From Octopus bimaculoides (lineage: Eukaryota), in contig NC_068984.1 of NCBI RefSeq assembly GCF_001194135.2, positions 119,664,049 to 119,728,048 on the forward strand: a stretch of 64,000 bases of DNA. Direction: 5' to 3'. Positions 11,754 to 25,300 of this stretch are shown piece by piece. Under the pieces are notes generated by a model. It saw only the letters and a list, made by a program, of their open reading frames with translations, was not told the DNA's origin and made no database searches. A program made the position numbers and the translations under genes. How positions within the stretch are numbered: position 1 is the first letter of the stretch; each line of letters opens with the position of its first letter.

Positions 11754-14700
11754 NNNNNNNNNNCACACACACAAATCTTTTATGAATTTGAAATTAATAA
11801 TAATTTATTTTGAATGATCTGATTTTGCAAAAATTGCAGAAAATAAACTTGGGCACATATTAAAAAAAAAAAAAAAATTCTAGTTTGCAATTGAAACCTG
11901 AAATATTGCAAACTTTCCTTCTAATGCCTTACCTAAAATCTGACAAATTTTTTCTTGTACTTTTCCATCATTTCTGTAAGTTATTTGAATTTAAGATTTA
12001 GCCTAATACCAACTGCTTGACTGTGAATTTGCAAGACCAGATATTTTGTTTTTTAAAATTTCCATATATAAATTCAATCTTAATTCTATTTATTTTATAA
12101 TTGGTTGACTTTTATGTGTAAACATTTTGTTGAGTATATCTAAACATTTTAAAGTTAATAAACCAAAGAGTGTTTTGTTTTATTTTATTATTTGATTGTA
12201 TTGTTATAAAAATCCTAGCTGGTGTAAGGATTAAAGAGTAGAGTTGAAATCATCCATGGGCAAACTGCAGTAATGAAATATTACCCTGAATTTTTTTTTT
12301 CTTGTGCAGCCCACCTAATAATGAGCCATGTCTCACGTGGCTCATTTCTCAAAAATGGTCATCCTTGTCTGGTTTAGATATAAACGGAAAATGCATTCGG
12401 TGTTTGATAGTCTATTGAGGAAAGGTTAGGAAGTGACAGAAAGAAAATTATTTTATAAATACAGAGAAATTATTAAACCACTTTAACCCTTTTGTTACCA
12501 TATTTCTGTTAAAATATTACTGTCTTTGTTTTGAAGAATTTTGTAAAATAACTTTGTCATTATTAAATTAACATGAAATTTTGATGGAAAGTTTTAATTT
12601 AGATCATTTTAAAACAGGAAGTTTTTATCATGGGATCAAGGATGGATTCAAACAGGTTGATATCAAAAGTGCTAACGAGTTATTTATTTTGTACCTGTGT
12701 AGTACTGATGTTCTATCTGTAATGCTAAAACACCCATATAACATTTCACTAGTCATGGTTGAATGACTAGTTGTTGACTTTGTAATCACAATTAGATCAG
12801 TGGTTTTGAACTGGCCTAAGCAGTATGAAAGAAATTGGGGAAACAGTGTAGTACTTCATCAAATGGATTTTGCCTAGAATCAGAATCACCTTTCTTCACA
12901 CACAAATGAAAGGGGTGCTTGAAAGTTCCTGGCTTTGGGTAAAAGAAAAGACATGAGGATCACTTAATTATGATTTTCTTCAACATATTCCCTTCTCATA
13001 TTCACCCACTTATTGCAGCGGTCTTTCGATTTTTCTAAGTCCTGCAAAAGAACTCAGACGGTCGGGCCTCCAACCCGGCCTTTCATAATACCCTTAAAGT
13101 CAGGAACTTTTCAGCACCCTCCTCATACATAATCATGCTGATTCTGCTTGGACAGTTTTATTCTACATTAAGGGTATGAATGGAATACTCAATCACTTAC
13201 ACTATAATTCATTTAGTCAACAGCCCCATTGATTGAACAACTGGAATAACCGCAGTTAAAATTGACATCTGAAAAAGAAAATGCTGTACAATAATATTCA
13301 AATAATACATCTCTTAGTTGTTATTGTTTAGCTTCAAGTCATCTTTGTTCAAGCACACCTTTGAATACAACACATCTCTGGCCCCATTTTCCAACCTCAT
13401 CATGTATTTCATCTAGAGTTACATTGTCCAATTTAGCTGTAATGGGTAGAATGGGAATCAAGGTAGGCTTGGCTACCCTGTATATAAGCAATCAAAAAAT
13501 TTGAATGTTATGAATTTTTGAAGAAAAAATAAAGGATGTAAGCAAAACTATACTAGTCTATTATTAGTTAATAAACCTTGATCATAATTAGTTAACTCCC
13601 TTGGTACTTTCAGTCATCAGTTTTATTTGCCATGACTTATCAATATCACCATCATTTCCATTATTACTTTTCTACAGCTTTAGGCTTGTAAGAATATATA
13701 TATATATATATATATATANNNNNNNNNNNNNNNNNNNNNNNNNNNNNNNNNNNNNNNNNNNNNNNNNNNNNNNNNNNNNNNNNNNNNNNNNNNNNNNNNN
13801 NNNNNNNNNNNNNNNNNNNNNNNNNNNNNNNNNNNNNNNNNNNNNNNNNNNNNNNNNNNNNNNNNNNNNNNNNNNNNNNNNNNNNNNNNNNNNNNNNNNN
13901 NNNNNNNNNNNNNNNCCAAACTCACTCATGACTTTGAATTACTATTAAGAGCATAATATATAAAATACATTTTTAGAGAAAGGCAGCCTCTTAGTAGCAA
14001 AAAACTTGTTTTTAAACAGAATCATGACATTGCTACTACCAATAATAATATATTTAAAATATTTTTTTTTACATTACTATGTATCACAATCTATAAGTAT
14101 TATTCCATAAGCTATTATGATCATGTGATTCTAAGTTTTGATATCTTGATTTGGTGAAAAGAATGTTTTTCAGTTCAACCGAAAAAAAAAAAAAAAAAGA
14201 AAAAGAAAAACCAAAACCAAGTCTGCAACGTTTTGAAATTGAGTAATATAATAATTGCATAATTAATATTAATAATGCATTCCATAATTTGGAATTATTA
14301 TAAACTATGTATCGTTTCTCTTGACATTCAATCTCACTAGTGATTAGCTGTTTGGCATATTGAGAAAAGGAAGAGTTCTTCAGAATAGTTATTGCATATA
14401 GAATATGTTTTGAAAGAGAAAGTACCTGTAAGCTACAGCTTACTTGAAGTTCAAGAGTTCACCTAACTCTGGAAGAAAACGTTTGATTATTATAAATACA
14501 AATCACAGATTGTATGAAATATGTGTTGCAATTTAATTACATATAATTAAAATGATGCTTAAAATTTTCAGTGAAACAATGGCTTCTTGTTTACTGTTAC
14601 AGAAAGTAGTTTAAAATGGATCAGATTATTGCTGCAGGGCAGTGGCGTTAATTATTTGATTTCCTAATTAGGATATACTTCATTCTCTTTTCTTTCTTTT

Positions 14701-16675
14701 TGTACATTTGTAAATTTTTTTGCTTTTTTTTTTTTTTACTTCAGTGAAGCACTGGCTGAACAACTTGATTCAATACAAAATGATTTGGATGGTCTCCAAG
14801 GAATGCTATCAGATTCTAGTTCCACCTACAACTTGGATACCAATACTTTACTGTCTGTAAGTTGAATTATTAATTTCTTTTTTTTTTCTTAAATTAATTC
14901 CATAACTTGTGTTGACTATTTGATAATATTTTTTAAAATAGGTTTTATCTTGAGACAAAACTGATTTGGATTTTTGATAAATTGAGGGTAAAAGAAATTG
15001 GATAGAAAATAGTTTTCACTTTTGAGAAATTCATACTTGTGATCAAGATTATATATTATACAGACTAGTGGTTCCTAACGTTTCTCAAAACATTAGATCA
15101 CAACTTGTATAAGAAATTAAAATATTGTAACTAGGATTGCTTATTGAATAAAATTAGGGAAAAATATTTTTAAAATATTAGAATAACAAACCTACTTTTT
15201 TTAGTGGTTTCAAATCCATTTTTTCCTCCCACTTTAGTTTGAGTGGCATGATATATTTATCAGGGCAGTTATTGGTGCTATTTTAGCATGCAGTCTACTG
15301 CAGTATCCATAGTCTATGCTGTCAAATGATCTGATCTAGGTTAGGGATTATGTTTAGGGTTAGAGTTAGACCACAAGCTTAAGTGTAAATGGCCAGGTAG
15401 AGTACATACCAGGAACCCTATTATTTTTTTAGTTGGATGCCCTTTCTGCTCCTAACCACTCAACCATGAAATAAATGTAGGCCTTCAAAATCTGAACTTT
15501 GGACTTAGCCTGGTAGTAGCCCAGTACTTGAAATCTTTTGTGACTGTGTTGCAGTTAATTTTAAAATAATGAAGAATCTGGAAGTATTTTGTGAAATAAC
15601 CAAGATCATTCGTTAATTGGAATATAAATAATAGTTAATTTCTTACACAAAAATTTGCAGTAGGTTTTAATTCAGATATGAACACTTTATAGCTGTAAGT
15701 TTTGTCTTATAGAACCAAAGAGCTGGGAGTGTCTCAGCTGTGTCGGTATAAAGCTATTTAAACTCCAAAATGGTTTCATAGGCTGAAAAGTTAAACTCCT
15801 AAACATTTTTGTGTTTCCAACATTAATTTTCATTCACTTAAAATATTTGAATCTAACTTCTATTGACGTGTGTACATCCACACATCCATAATATATTTTT
15901 TTTAAATATTACTTCTTCATTACGTAAATATAATTTGAAATTTTGACAGTCTTATTACTAATGATGGGACAGATTACGTTTCATAATCACCAATGTTTCT
16001 AATTAATGTATTAATAACTTGAATATCCAACAGAAACATTCACCCATTCAACATTTTTTTTTTACCATATACTTCTGATAATTTATGGGTTTTGTGCATG
16101 TTCCTACAGTCTATAGTATTAAGTGGACAAAAAAAAATCTTCACCCAGATAGATGCTAACTTTGTTATACATAAACTTATTCATAATACTTATTTTCATG
16201 ATACTTATTTTCTTGTGAAATGCATCAAAGTAGACTCTGCTAAGTACCTTGCCCCATTTATGTAATGTTAGGTATTCACTGTTCAACACAAACTTGCATG
16301 GTGGCATCTTATCTACATAGCCATTGCATCTCACAGTCTATACAGCTATCTTTTTACCTTTACCTCTGCTCCAGATACAAATCTCTCTCTCTCACACACA
16401 CATCAGCTTTTGGTCCATAGTCTCACACTCTCTCTTTCTCACCACTACTGTAATAGCCTCTACTCCACTCCTTGGTGCTGGCTGGTCTTGTACCACCTCC
16501 TCTTCAGCACCCCAGACTCACTGGTCTTTCCTCCTCCTATCACTCATACAACACCCCAATCAGATGCACATTAACCACTTTCCTGGCCCTTTCTCCCTAG
16601 AATGTTGCTTCTCCTGGGAATTCTCTCCCTGTGGAATATGAACAGCATAGATTCTTGCAGAGTTGTTTCCTCGAA

Positions 16676-16716
<41 letters not shown>

Positions 16717-17108
16717 TTTCACTGGTTTCAGTCATTGGACTGCATCTATGCTGGTGCACTGCCTTCAACAGTTTTAGTTTATAGTTTATTATGTCTATCT
16801 CACCACTTGTTTCATTCGGTCTGCAGCATATTTTATCAATATCTATTGGACAACTATTTTATCTTTCGGTGCAAAGAGACTCAACTTGATACACATTTTA
16901 ATATAGTTGCACACTCACTCACACACGCACACACACACACACACCAAATTTTCACATAATAGTTTATGTCTAACCAAATTTCGCTTAAAGATTTATTGGA
17001 CTTGAAGCTATAGTAAGAGGATGATGAATCAATATATTGCATAGTTGGATTGGATCCAGATGCATGTGGATGTGGAGCATACTTGTCAATCACATGGACT
17101 AATTGACC

Positions 17109-17139
<31 letters not shown>

Positions 17140-18378
17140 AGTTACATGTGTTCATTCATTTATGGTGCAAATCAGCATGTTACTGGTAAATAAACAGCAC
17201 AGTATATATAGAATGGTAACAAACCACTTACTCTTGTTGATGCTGCAGAGAAAGAGGTTCGTGAGACTCTTATACTGAGAGATTTGCTGGAAGAAGGGAA
17301 TACAAGGAAGAGTGAGGGATCAGCTGCTCCAAGTAGATTCAGCAAAGGTCCCAGCTATTGAAGTTAACAACTATATGATCAAAATAGAGCCCTGGAAAGG
17401 AGCACCCTCAAAGATATCAAATTGATGAATCAAGTTATCAAGTAACGCTTTGTTACTAATTAGGAAGAGAAATAACTTAAGCCTATACGAGAATGGTTGT
17501 ACATCAATATGTTTGCTTTCTAGTGAAACAACTATACAAGTCCTCAGGTAAGAGCAAACTCAAGCATCTGTTGTCCTGGAGAAGACCTTTGACACAGTTT
17601 TACACTCTGTAGTCTGGGGTCTCTAAGAAAACTTGGTATGTTTGATGTAAACCTGTTTGGTGTACAAGAGATTTTTTTAGGATCATAGGCAGATTGACAG
17701 AGTAGGACTTAGTGTGCAGCAAATGTACAGGAGTAGTCAGTTGTAAGAACTCTTCATAAGATGAATTCCTAGAAATAGTTAACAAGCTTTTCTTGCCTAG
17801 ATGACTTAATCAGCAATGCAAGTGGTTCTTTTGATGGTATTGTTGCCAGTTTGGAAAAAGTTTAGTAAGTTATTACTCCTGCAGCTACAAAGAGATCTTC
17901 CTCTGCAAGTGAAGGGCTGATTGTACAATGCATGTGTATTAAGTGTAGTAGCGCAGTTTAGTTAATGGAATTATTGGCACTAAATACAAAGGATGCCTCT
18001 TGAGTAGATAGACATAAGGTGAACTTGCTCTGATAGATGTGTAATGTTATGTGAATGCTTGTCAGAGTACAAATGAGCTGTAAAAAAAACTGGGTATCAG
18101 TGGAAATGGTTGTAATATGGTGCATGAGAGGATACTGCACTGGTATTGACATTTCATACACACAGGATGATGATAGTTGACTAAAGGGGTGCTAAGCAAT
18201 TGAGCTAGAAGGAAGATGGAGGAAATTGTGGTAAAGGCTGGTCTTAAAAAAATTATGAGAGACTGCAACAAGAGACAAGACACTCATCTGACCCATGCAA
18301 GATAAAAAAGCAAAACAAAAAAACAACAACATAAAGCAATAATAATTATGATGATGCTCTCTTTCTTTCTTTCTTTCT

Positions 18379-18427
<49 letters not shown>

Positions 18428-21400
18428 TTCCATCCCCCTCTCTCTCACACACACAGTTTTTTGAGGTTACTTGATAAAATTCGATTCTACCAGATTTTGT
18501 GTTACTCCTATTATTTAATTTGAAAGTCTAATTTATTGATCACTTAAACAAATATTTATCTTTTTCAAATTGTTGCACTTGATTTTCAACTTATTAAGAT
18601 ACGATATTAACATCATGAAAGCTGTATTTGGATTTTTATTTGCTTTTAGTTTCATAATTTTCAAACACTCAGTGATTGAGCTCTTTGAACCTTATGCGAA
18701 ATACTTATTTCTCTACCGCTTTCATTTCATTCTCAAAATTTGACACTTGATTTAAAATGTAAACCAAGCAAAAGTTTTTAAAGAAAGTTTAAAAAAAAAA
18801 TTTGAATTTTATTAAGTATAAAATGTGAACATCAATATGTACAGTATTTTTACTGCACATATTGATGTCCACATGCATATATTTATGTGTATACATCATA
18901 CTCTAGAATAGTGGCTGTCAACCATTTCTCACTTATGAACCCCTTTGATCCCTATTTTACTAAGGCAAGGAGGACCCTCATAGCCATTCAATGTCTAAAA
19001 TCTCCTATTACATTCTTATGATTAAATATGTTTAGGAATTGTATAGAGAAAGGTATAAATGTTTTGTGTATTGCACAAAAATTTTAACAAAACCTTATTT
19101 GGAAACCCCCAAGGGCAATATGAACCCCGGTTGAGAACCACTGATATAGAACCATCAAAGTCACTACAAATACTTGGCCTTACTATCACTGATGATTTCT
19201 TTTGGAAGATCACATACCCCTAACATTGCTAAAACTGCACCCAAAATACTAAACTCCTTCTTTGCAATTGGAAAATATTTTAGCTGTGACTAGATGCTGA
19301 AAATCTACAAAGCTTAAATGTGAGCAGTATTTGAAGGCTGTCCACATATGCATCTATAATGGTAATGATGCTTCTCTCTCTTTCTCTCTCTCTCCCTCTC
19401 CCTTTCTCTCTTCCCCTCCTCCCCTCCCTCTCTGATACATAGAATATCCAGCTGATAAGCAAAGACTTTCAATCCAGGCATTGGCTTACTATCACTATTA
19501 CAATGACTTCTGCTTCTCTAAACTAGCATGCAACATACCATTGCAACCCAAGCTCACCCATGCCATCTCCACCTAAAATAACCATCTTCTTTCACCATAT
19601 CTGACATTATTCTTGCCTATGTTTTTTGCACAGGCATCAGATTCCAACAAGGAATCCTCAACCACATCAGACATAAAGGTTTGCATAGACCATAGGCAAC
19701 ACATCCCATTCTTTATCTAGAAGATAATTATAAAGTCAACAGCTAACATAACAGCACTAATTCTGGAAATGAGTTTCTGCTAGAAATAGTAGTAAAAGAC
19801 TGTAAGAGCTCTCTTTGAATTCACCTTACTGCCTTAAAAAAAAAACGACATAAAAGCAAGGTCTCATTGGATGGTATGATCCTAGATACACCAGACTAAA
19901 ATAAAAGGTGGGATGTGCATGGCTGAAGCATGCTAGGATATACAGCTTTTCCTTTCTTTGACCTCCATGGAGCAAATAAGAAATAACTTTGTCTTATGTA
20001 CAGGATCTAGAAATCACTCCTAAATATTTGATCTGTGATCAGGACTCAAACTTGCATGGACAGAATTGACTTAAACTATTCAATGAGGCACACTATGATG
20101 TCCTTAGCGAAATCATAAAGTATGGCTTAGATGTCTCAGGCTTCCCTTCTCAAGCTCAAGCCAGTGGGGCTAGACCAAGGGGATAGGGAAAGGCCTGACT
20201 CTGACAATTTTCCTGCTCCATGGTGGTAAGCCCCCATCTATGATGTCACATGCTGTGACAACTTGGTGTGTTCAGTTACCAGCCCAGGCTCCACTGCTTG
20301 TCAGGCTGAGAAAAGCAAACTGTCAAAGTATTAGTCGTTCTCTGGCAGGTTTATGGTTGAGCCTGTGGCAGTGGAGACCTCTGGCATTCTCAGCCCCTGG
20401 ACCATATCTCTGCTCACCACTATTGGGAAGGAGATGACTATCCACAAGTGCGAGCCCCATGAGTCAGAGTGGCTTTTACAGTACATCTCCCTCCTTATCC
20501 TCAGGGACAATGCCTTTTCCATTTTGTCTGCTGGGACCATGAAGCTGTCTGAATTACAGGAAATTGAGAGAATGTAACTTTTGTAACTTTATTCTCTCTT
20601 TTTTTTTGTTCTCCTTTTCAGTATGATGATGATAATATACTAAGATAAAGTAAACTTAAAAAACGTGTTTTAACAAAGCTAAAATAAAGCACATTAACAG
20701 CAGTTGCAGTGGGTGATTTATTCTTTGCCTACTCACTAAAACTACCAATGTGACTCTGATGTCAGTTTATATTTAGAATATAAATGCAGAAGCATTGAGA
20801 AATATGTAGATATGTAATTTAATGATGTAATTTGAAGGAAATTCAGTTGTAAATAAAAGCTTGTATTCGTTTGTCTTTGTGTTCTGAGTCGAAATTCTGC
20901 AAAAGTTGACTTTGCCTTTCATTCTTTTGAGGTCGATAAAATAAGTATAAGTCAAGGACTAGGGGTTGATGTAGTCGACTTACTCCCTCCCCTGAAATTA
21001 TTGGCTTTGTGCCAAAATGTGAAACCATTAATATATTGGGTTAAAACCACTTTGATTGGGGGAAAAATAACCAAAAGTTTGTGGCTTTTGAGTAGACTTG
21101 GATTTGGTTGATATAACTTTAGCTAAAGAATTTAATAATATTTCTGTTAATAATTATTACTGATTTAACAACTATAAGAGCTTGGTTTTCTAAAGATCAC
21201 AGTGTGGTGCATGTTTATGAAACCTGGTAGGTCTTAGTGCAGGATGGTAAACAACATTGAGCACAAGCTATGTCATGCAACAGATCAAATCAAAGATTTG
21301 ATTTCTATTTAAAACAGAAAAAAAAAAAAAAAAAAAATTTTAAAGTTTTATCTCCTGTGTTTTGTGAACAAGATATTGGTGTAGATTTCCGGTGGGCCTG

Positions 21401-22340
21401 TCACCTGTTCTGTGCATTTCTGATGGCAAGAGTAACAAGGGGGTACTTTGTGCAGCTGTGTTCAAACAGGTGTTTGAACACACCTACCTATCAGTCTTCT
21501 CATTGATATACATCAGTGGAAGAATATGTCATCATCGCCACCCTCATCATCATCATTTAATGTCTGTTTTTCATGCTGGCATGGGTTGTATGGCTTGACA
21601 GGAGCTTACAAAGTCAAGACCTGCACACTGCATCTAATCTCTCTTATGCCTAACTTTTCTCCTAATACACTAGTGTTGTCATACATGTACACTGACATTG
21701 TACATCCAGTGGAGCATACTGGCTTTGTTCCTCTCTAGTCTCCACATGTCCTCTGCATTCAGGGACCATGTTTCACTACTCTGTAGTACTGCAGTTTGTA
21801 CACATGCATCATGCAATCTTCCTTTCACTTGGAGAGAGTGACCTTTGTTTGTCAACAGAGGTAAAATCTCTCTGAACTTTCTCTGTCCTATTCCTATCCT
21901 AACAATTACACTTTCAGTACATCTTCCTCCTTTTCTAATTGGGTCATCTAGGTAGCAGAAATTATTTATTACTTCCAGAGATCCTCGGGGACATTTGAGG
22001 AAATCAGTTTCCCATATGTCTGTAGTCTTTATGGCTCTTCTACATCTACATACAAATACTACTTCCTCTGTTAATCTTCCTACTATTCCACTACACCTCT
22101 TGTGTGTCCATAACTTGCACTGGGTACACTGAATGAAATTCCTGCTTACATCTTTCCTACATATCAAGCAGGGCCATTTACCTGATGTGGGTAGAGTCCT
22201 GTTTGATTTTTTGCTCACTAGGAACTTGGTCTTTGCTTAGTTAACTTTAAGACCCTTTGACTTCAGGTTTTGTTTCCACACTTGAAATTTCTTTCCTAGT
22301 TCTGTTACATAATCTGTAATGAGGGTAAGATCATCATCAT

Positions 22341-22375
<35 letters not shown>

Positions 22376-25300
22376 CTCATGGGAATTTGGGTATGAGCAA
22401 CACCACTTGTATGAAAGTGATACTTGCTTACAATATCAAGACAATGACAAGTGGATGCATGCACAACAGGCTTCTTTCAGTTTCAGTTTACCAAATCCAC
22501 TCACAAGGTTTTGGCCAGCCCAAGGTGCCATGCAGTGTAACTGATCCTGGAACTGTGTGGTTGGGAAACAAACTTCTTAACCATACAGCCATGCTTACTC
22601 TCATGCTGAAGCCAATAATTTCTCATTTTTGCTTTGTTGAAATATTAAACATCATACAATCTCCTTATTCTCATCGTCGTCGTCATTTAACGTCCGCTTT
22701 CCATGCTAGCATGGGTTGGACGATTTGACTGAGGACTGGTGAAACCAGATGGCTACACCAGGCTCCAATCTGATTTGGCAGAGTTTCTACAGCTGGATGC
22801 CCTTCCTAACGCCAACCACTCAGAGAGTGTAGTGGGTGCTTTTACGTGTCACCCGCACGAAGGCCAGTCAGGCGGTACTGGCAACGGCCACGCTCATCTC
22901 GCTCGAGAAACCTCATGTGTCACCCACACAAGAGCCAGTCCAGGGGCACCGGCAATGATCTCGCTTGAAAATCCTACAACAACCCCACACAAGAGCCAGT
23001 TCAGGGGCACCGGCAACGATCTCGCTCGAAGAAATTTCATGTGTCACCCGCACAAGAGCCAGTCCACGGGCACCGACAGATTTCATGTGTCGCCCGCACA
23101 TGAGCCAGTCCAGGACCACCGGCAACGATCCCACTCGAAAGATTTCATGTGTCACCCGCACATGAGCCAGTCCAGGGGCACCAGCAACGATCTCGCTCGA
23201 AAAACCTCAANNNNNNNNNNNNNNNNNNNNNNNNNNNNNNNNNNNNNNNNNNNNNNNNNNNNNNNNNNNNNNNNNNNNNNNNNNNNNNNNNNNNNNNNNN
23301 NNNNNNNNNNNNNNNNNNNNNNNNNNNNNNNNNNNNNNNNNNNNNNNNNNNNNNNNNNNNNNNNNNNNNNNNNNNNNNNNNNNNNNNNNNNNNNNNNNNN
23401 NNNNNNNNNNNNNNNNNNNNNNNNNNNNNNNNNNNNNNNNNNNNNNNNNNNNNNNNNNNNNNNNNNNNNNNNNNNNNNNNNNNNNNNNNNNNNNNNNNNN
23501 NNNNNNNNNNNNNNNNNNNNNNNNNNNNNNNNNNNNNNNNNNNNNNNNNNNNNNNNNNNNNNNNNNNNNNNNNNNNNNNNNNNNNNNNNNNNNNNNNNNN
23601 NNNNNNNNNNNNNNNNNNNNNNNNNNNNNNNNNNNNNNNNNNNNNNNNNNNNNNNNNNNNNNNNNNNNNNNNNNNNNNNNNNNNNNNNNNNNNNNNNNNN
23701 NNNNNNNNNNNNNNNNNNNNNNNNNNNNNNNNNNNNNNNNNNNNNNNNNNNNNNNNNNNNNNNNNNNNNNNNNNNNNNNNNTGAGAAACCTCATGTGTCA
23801 CCCGCACAAGAGCCAGTCCAGGGGCACCGGCAATGATCTCGCTTGAAAATCCTACAACAACCCCACACAAGAGCCAGTTCAGGGGCACCGGCAACGATCT
23901 CGCTCGAAGAAATTTCATGTGTCACCCGCACAAGAGCCAGTCCACGGGCACCGACAGATTTCATGTGTCGCCCGCACATGAGCCAGTCCAGGACCACCGG
24001 CAACGATCCCACTCGAAAGATTTCATGTGTCACCCGCACATGAGCCAGTCCAGGGGCACCAGCAACGATCTCGCTCGAAAAACCTCAATAAAATACATAG
24101 CTTTGTACTTATGTAAGGAAACAATATCACAGTTGTAATACAGACAAAAGGAGAAATTCGATATACTTTGCTCGCTCACTTCTACACTATATATCCCTTA
24201 CATTGATCTTTAGCTATGTAGTTATCTCTTTTCCATCCTTCACTATGTAGTTACTGTTGAACCAGTCTTCATTTCTAAACCATTTACTGCTATGTGTGTA
24301 TATGTAAAAACAAACTTACATTTGTTTTTATTAGAAGTATCAAATGTGTATTGTACGATACAAACAAGGTGATATATATTTTGAATACAGCATTGCCATT
24401 AGGACAATGGAAATAATGCGTAAATTACCCTTAAAAGGTGGAAAAAAATGTCAACAAACAGCCATGGGAGTCGAACCCATATCCCCCAAAACACCAGCTG
24501 AATGCTTTACCAATAGCTAAACTGTCCACTGACAACTCCTCCACCGATTTTAGACACTAAATAGCTTATTGAACAACAATGGGTATATATAAACGAACTT
24601 ATTTTGTTTTTATTAGAAGCATTGAATGGGTATTGTACGATACAAACAAGAAGGTAATTTACCCATTATTTCTGCTGTTCTAATGGCAATGCTGTGTTTG
24701 AAAAAACATTACCTTGTTTGTATCATACATTTGCTGCTGCTTTACTGTCATGTAACATCACACCTCTAACTTGTACATCACACTGTCCATTCTTAGTTGA
24801 TTCTCTTCATTATTCTATACACTCACACAATGCTTATGAAGTTCAGCCCTAATTAGATTGTGTATAACTTGAGTATAGAATATGTACACTCTGAGTTGGA
24901 ATATAAACTGTCCTATAGTGGTCATATTTTTGACATCACAAGGTTTTATACTCTGATACCATATTTTGCTCTCTCTCTCTCTCTCAAGTTTTATCAAAAG
25001 TAATGCTTTGAATTTACAGGGCTTAAAACTCCAGATAAATGATAAGAGTTTGGAATTGTGAAGAAAATAAATAAAAGATAAATAGCTAGAAGAAATAGGG
25101 GAAAAAATTAAGAAATATGTGTGCAGGTACATGTTTACAGAAGCTTATATGGAGATATGTGCAAATTTTTACCATCTTAAAAATGTTTCTTTTGTGTAGA
25201 TGATGCAAAAATATATGAAAATACAATGAAAAGGGCACCCAATTTTGGAAGGAGTATATGATTGATTAATCAAACATATTCCTTGACTAATGCTTTATTT

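Noticed and set aside
22905-24088. Identical 306-bp blocks on either side of the 571-N gap
   Set aside because: 22905-23210 equals 23783-24088 exactly and abuts the gap; most likely unmerged contig overlap. It is not a CRISPR array: there are no unique spacers and it lies within a LINE UTR.
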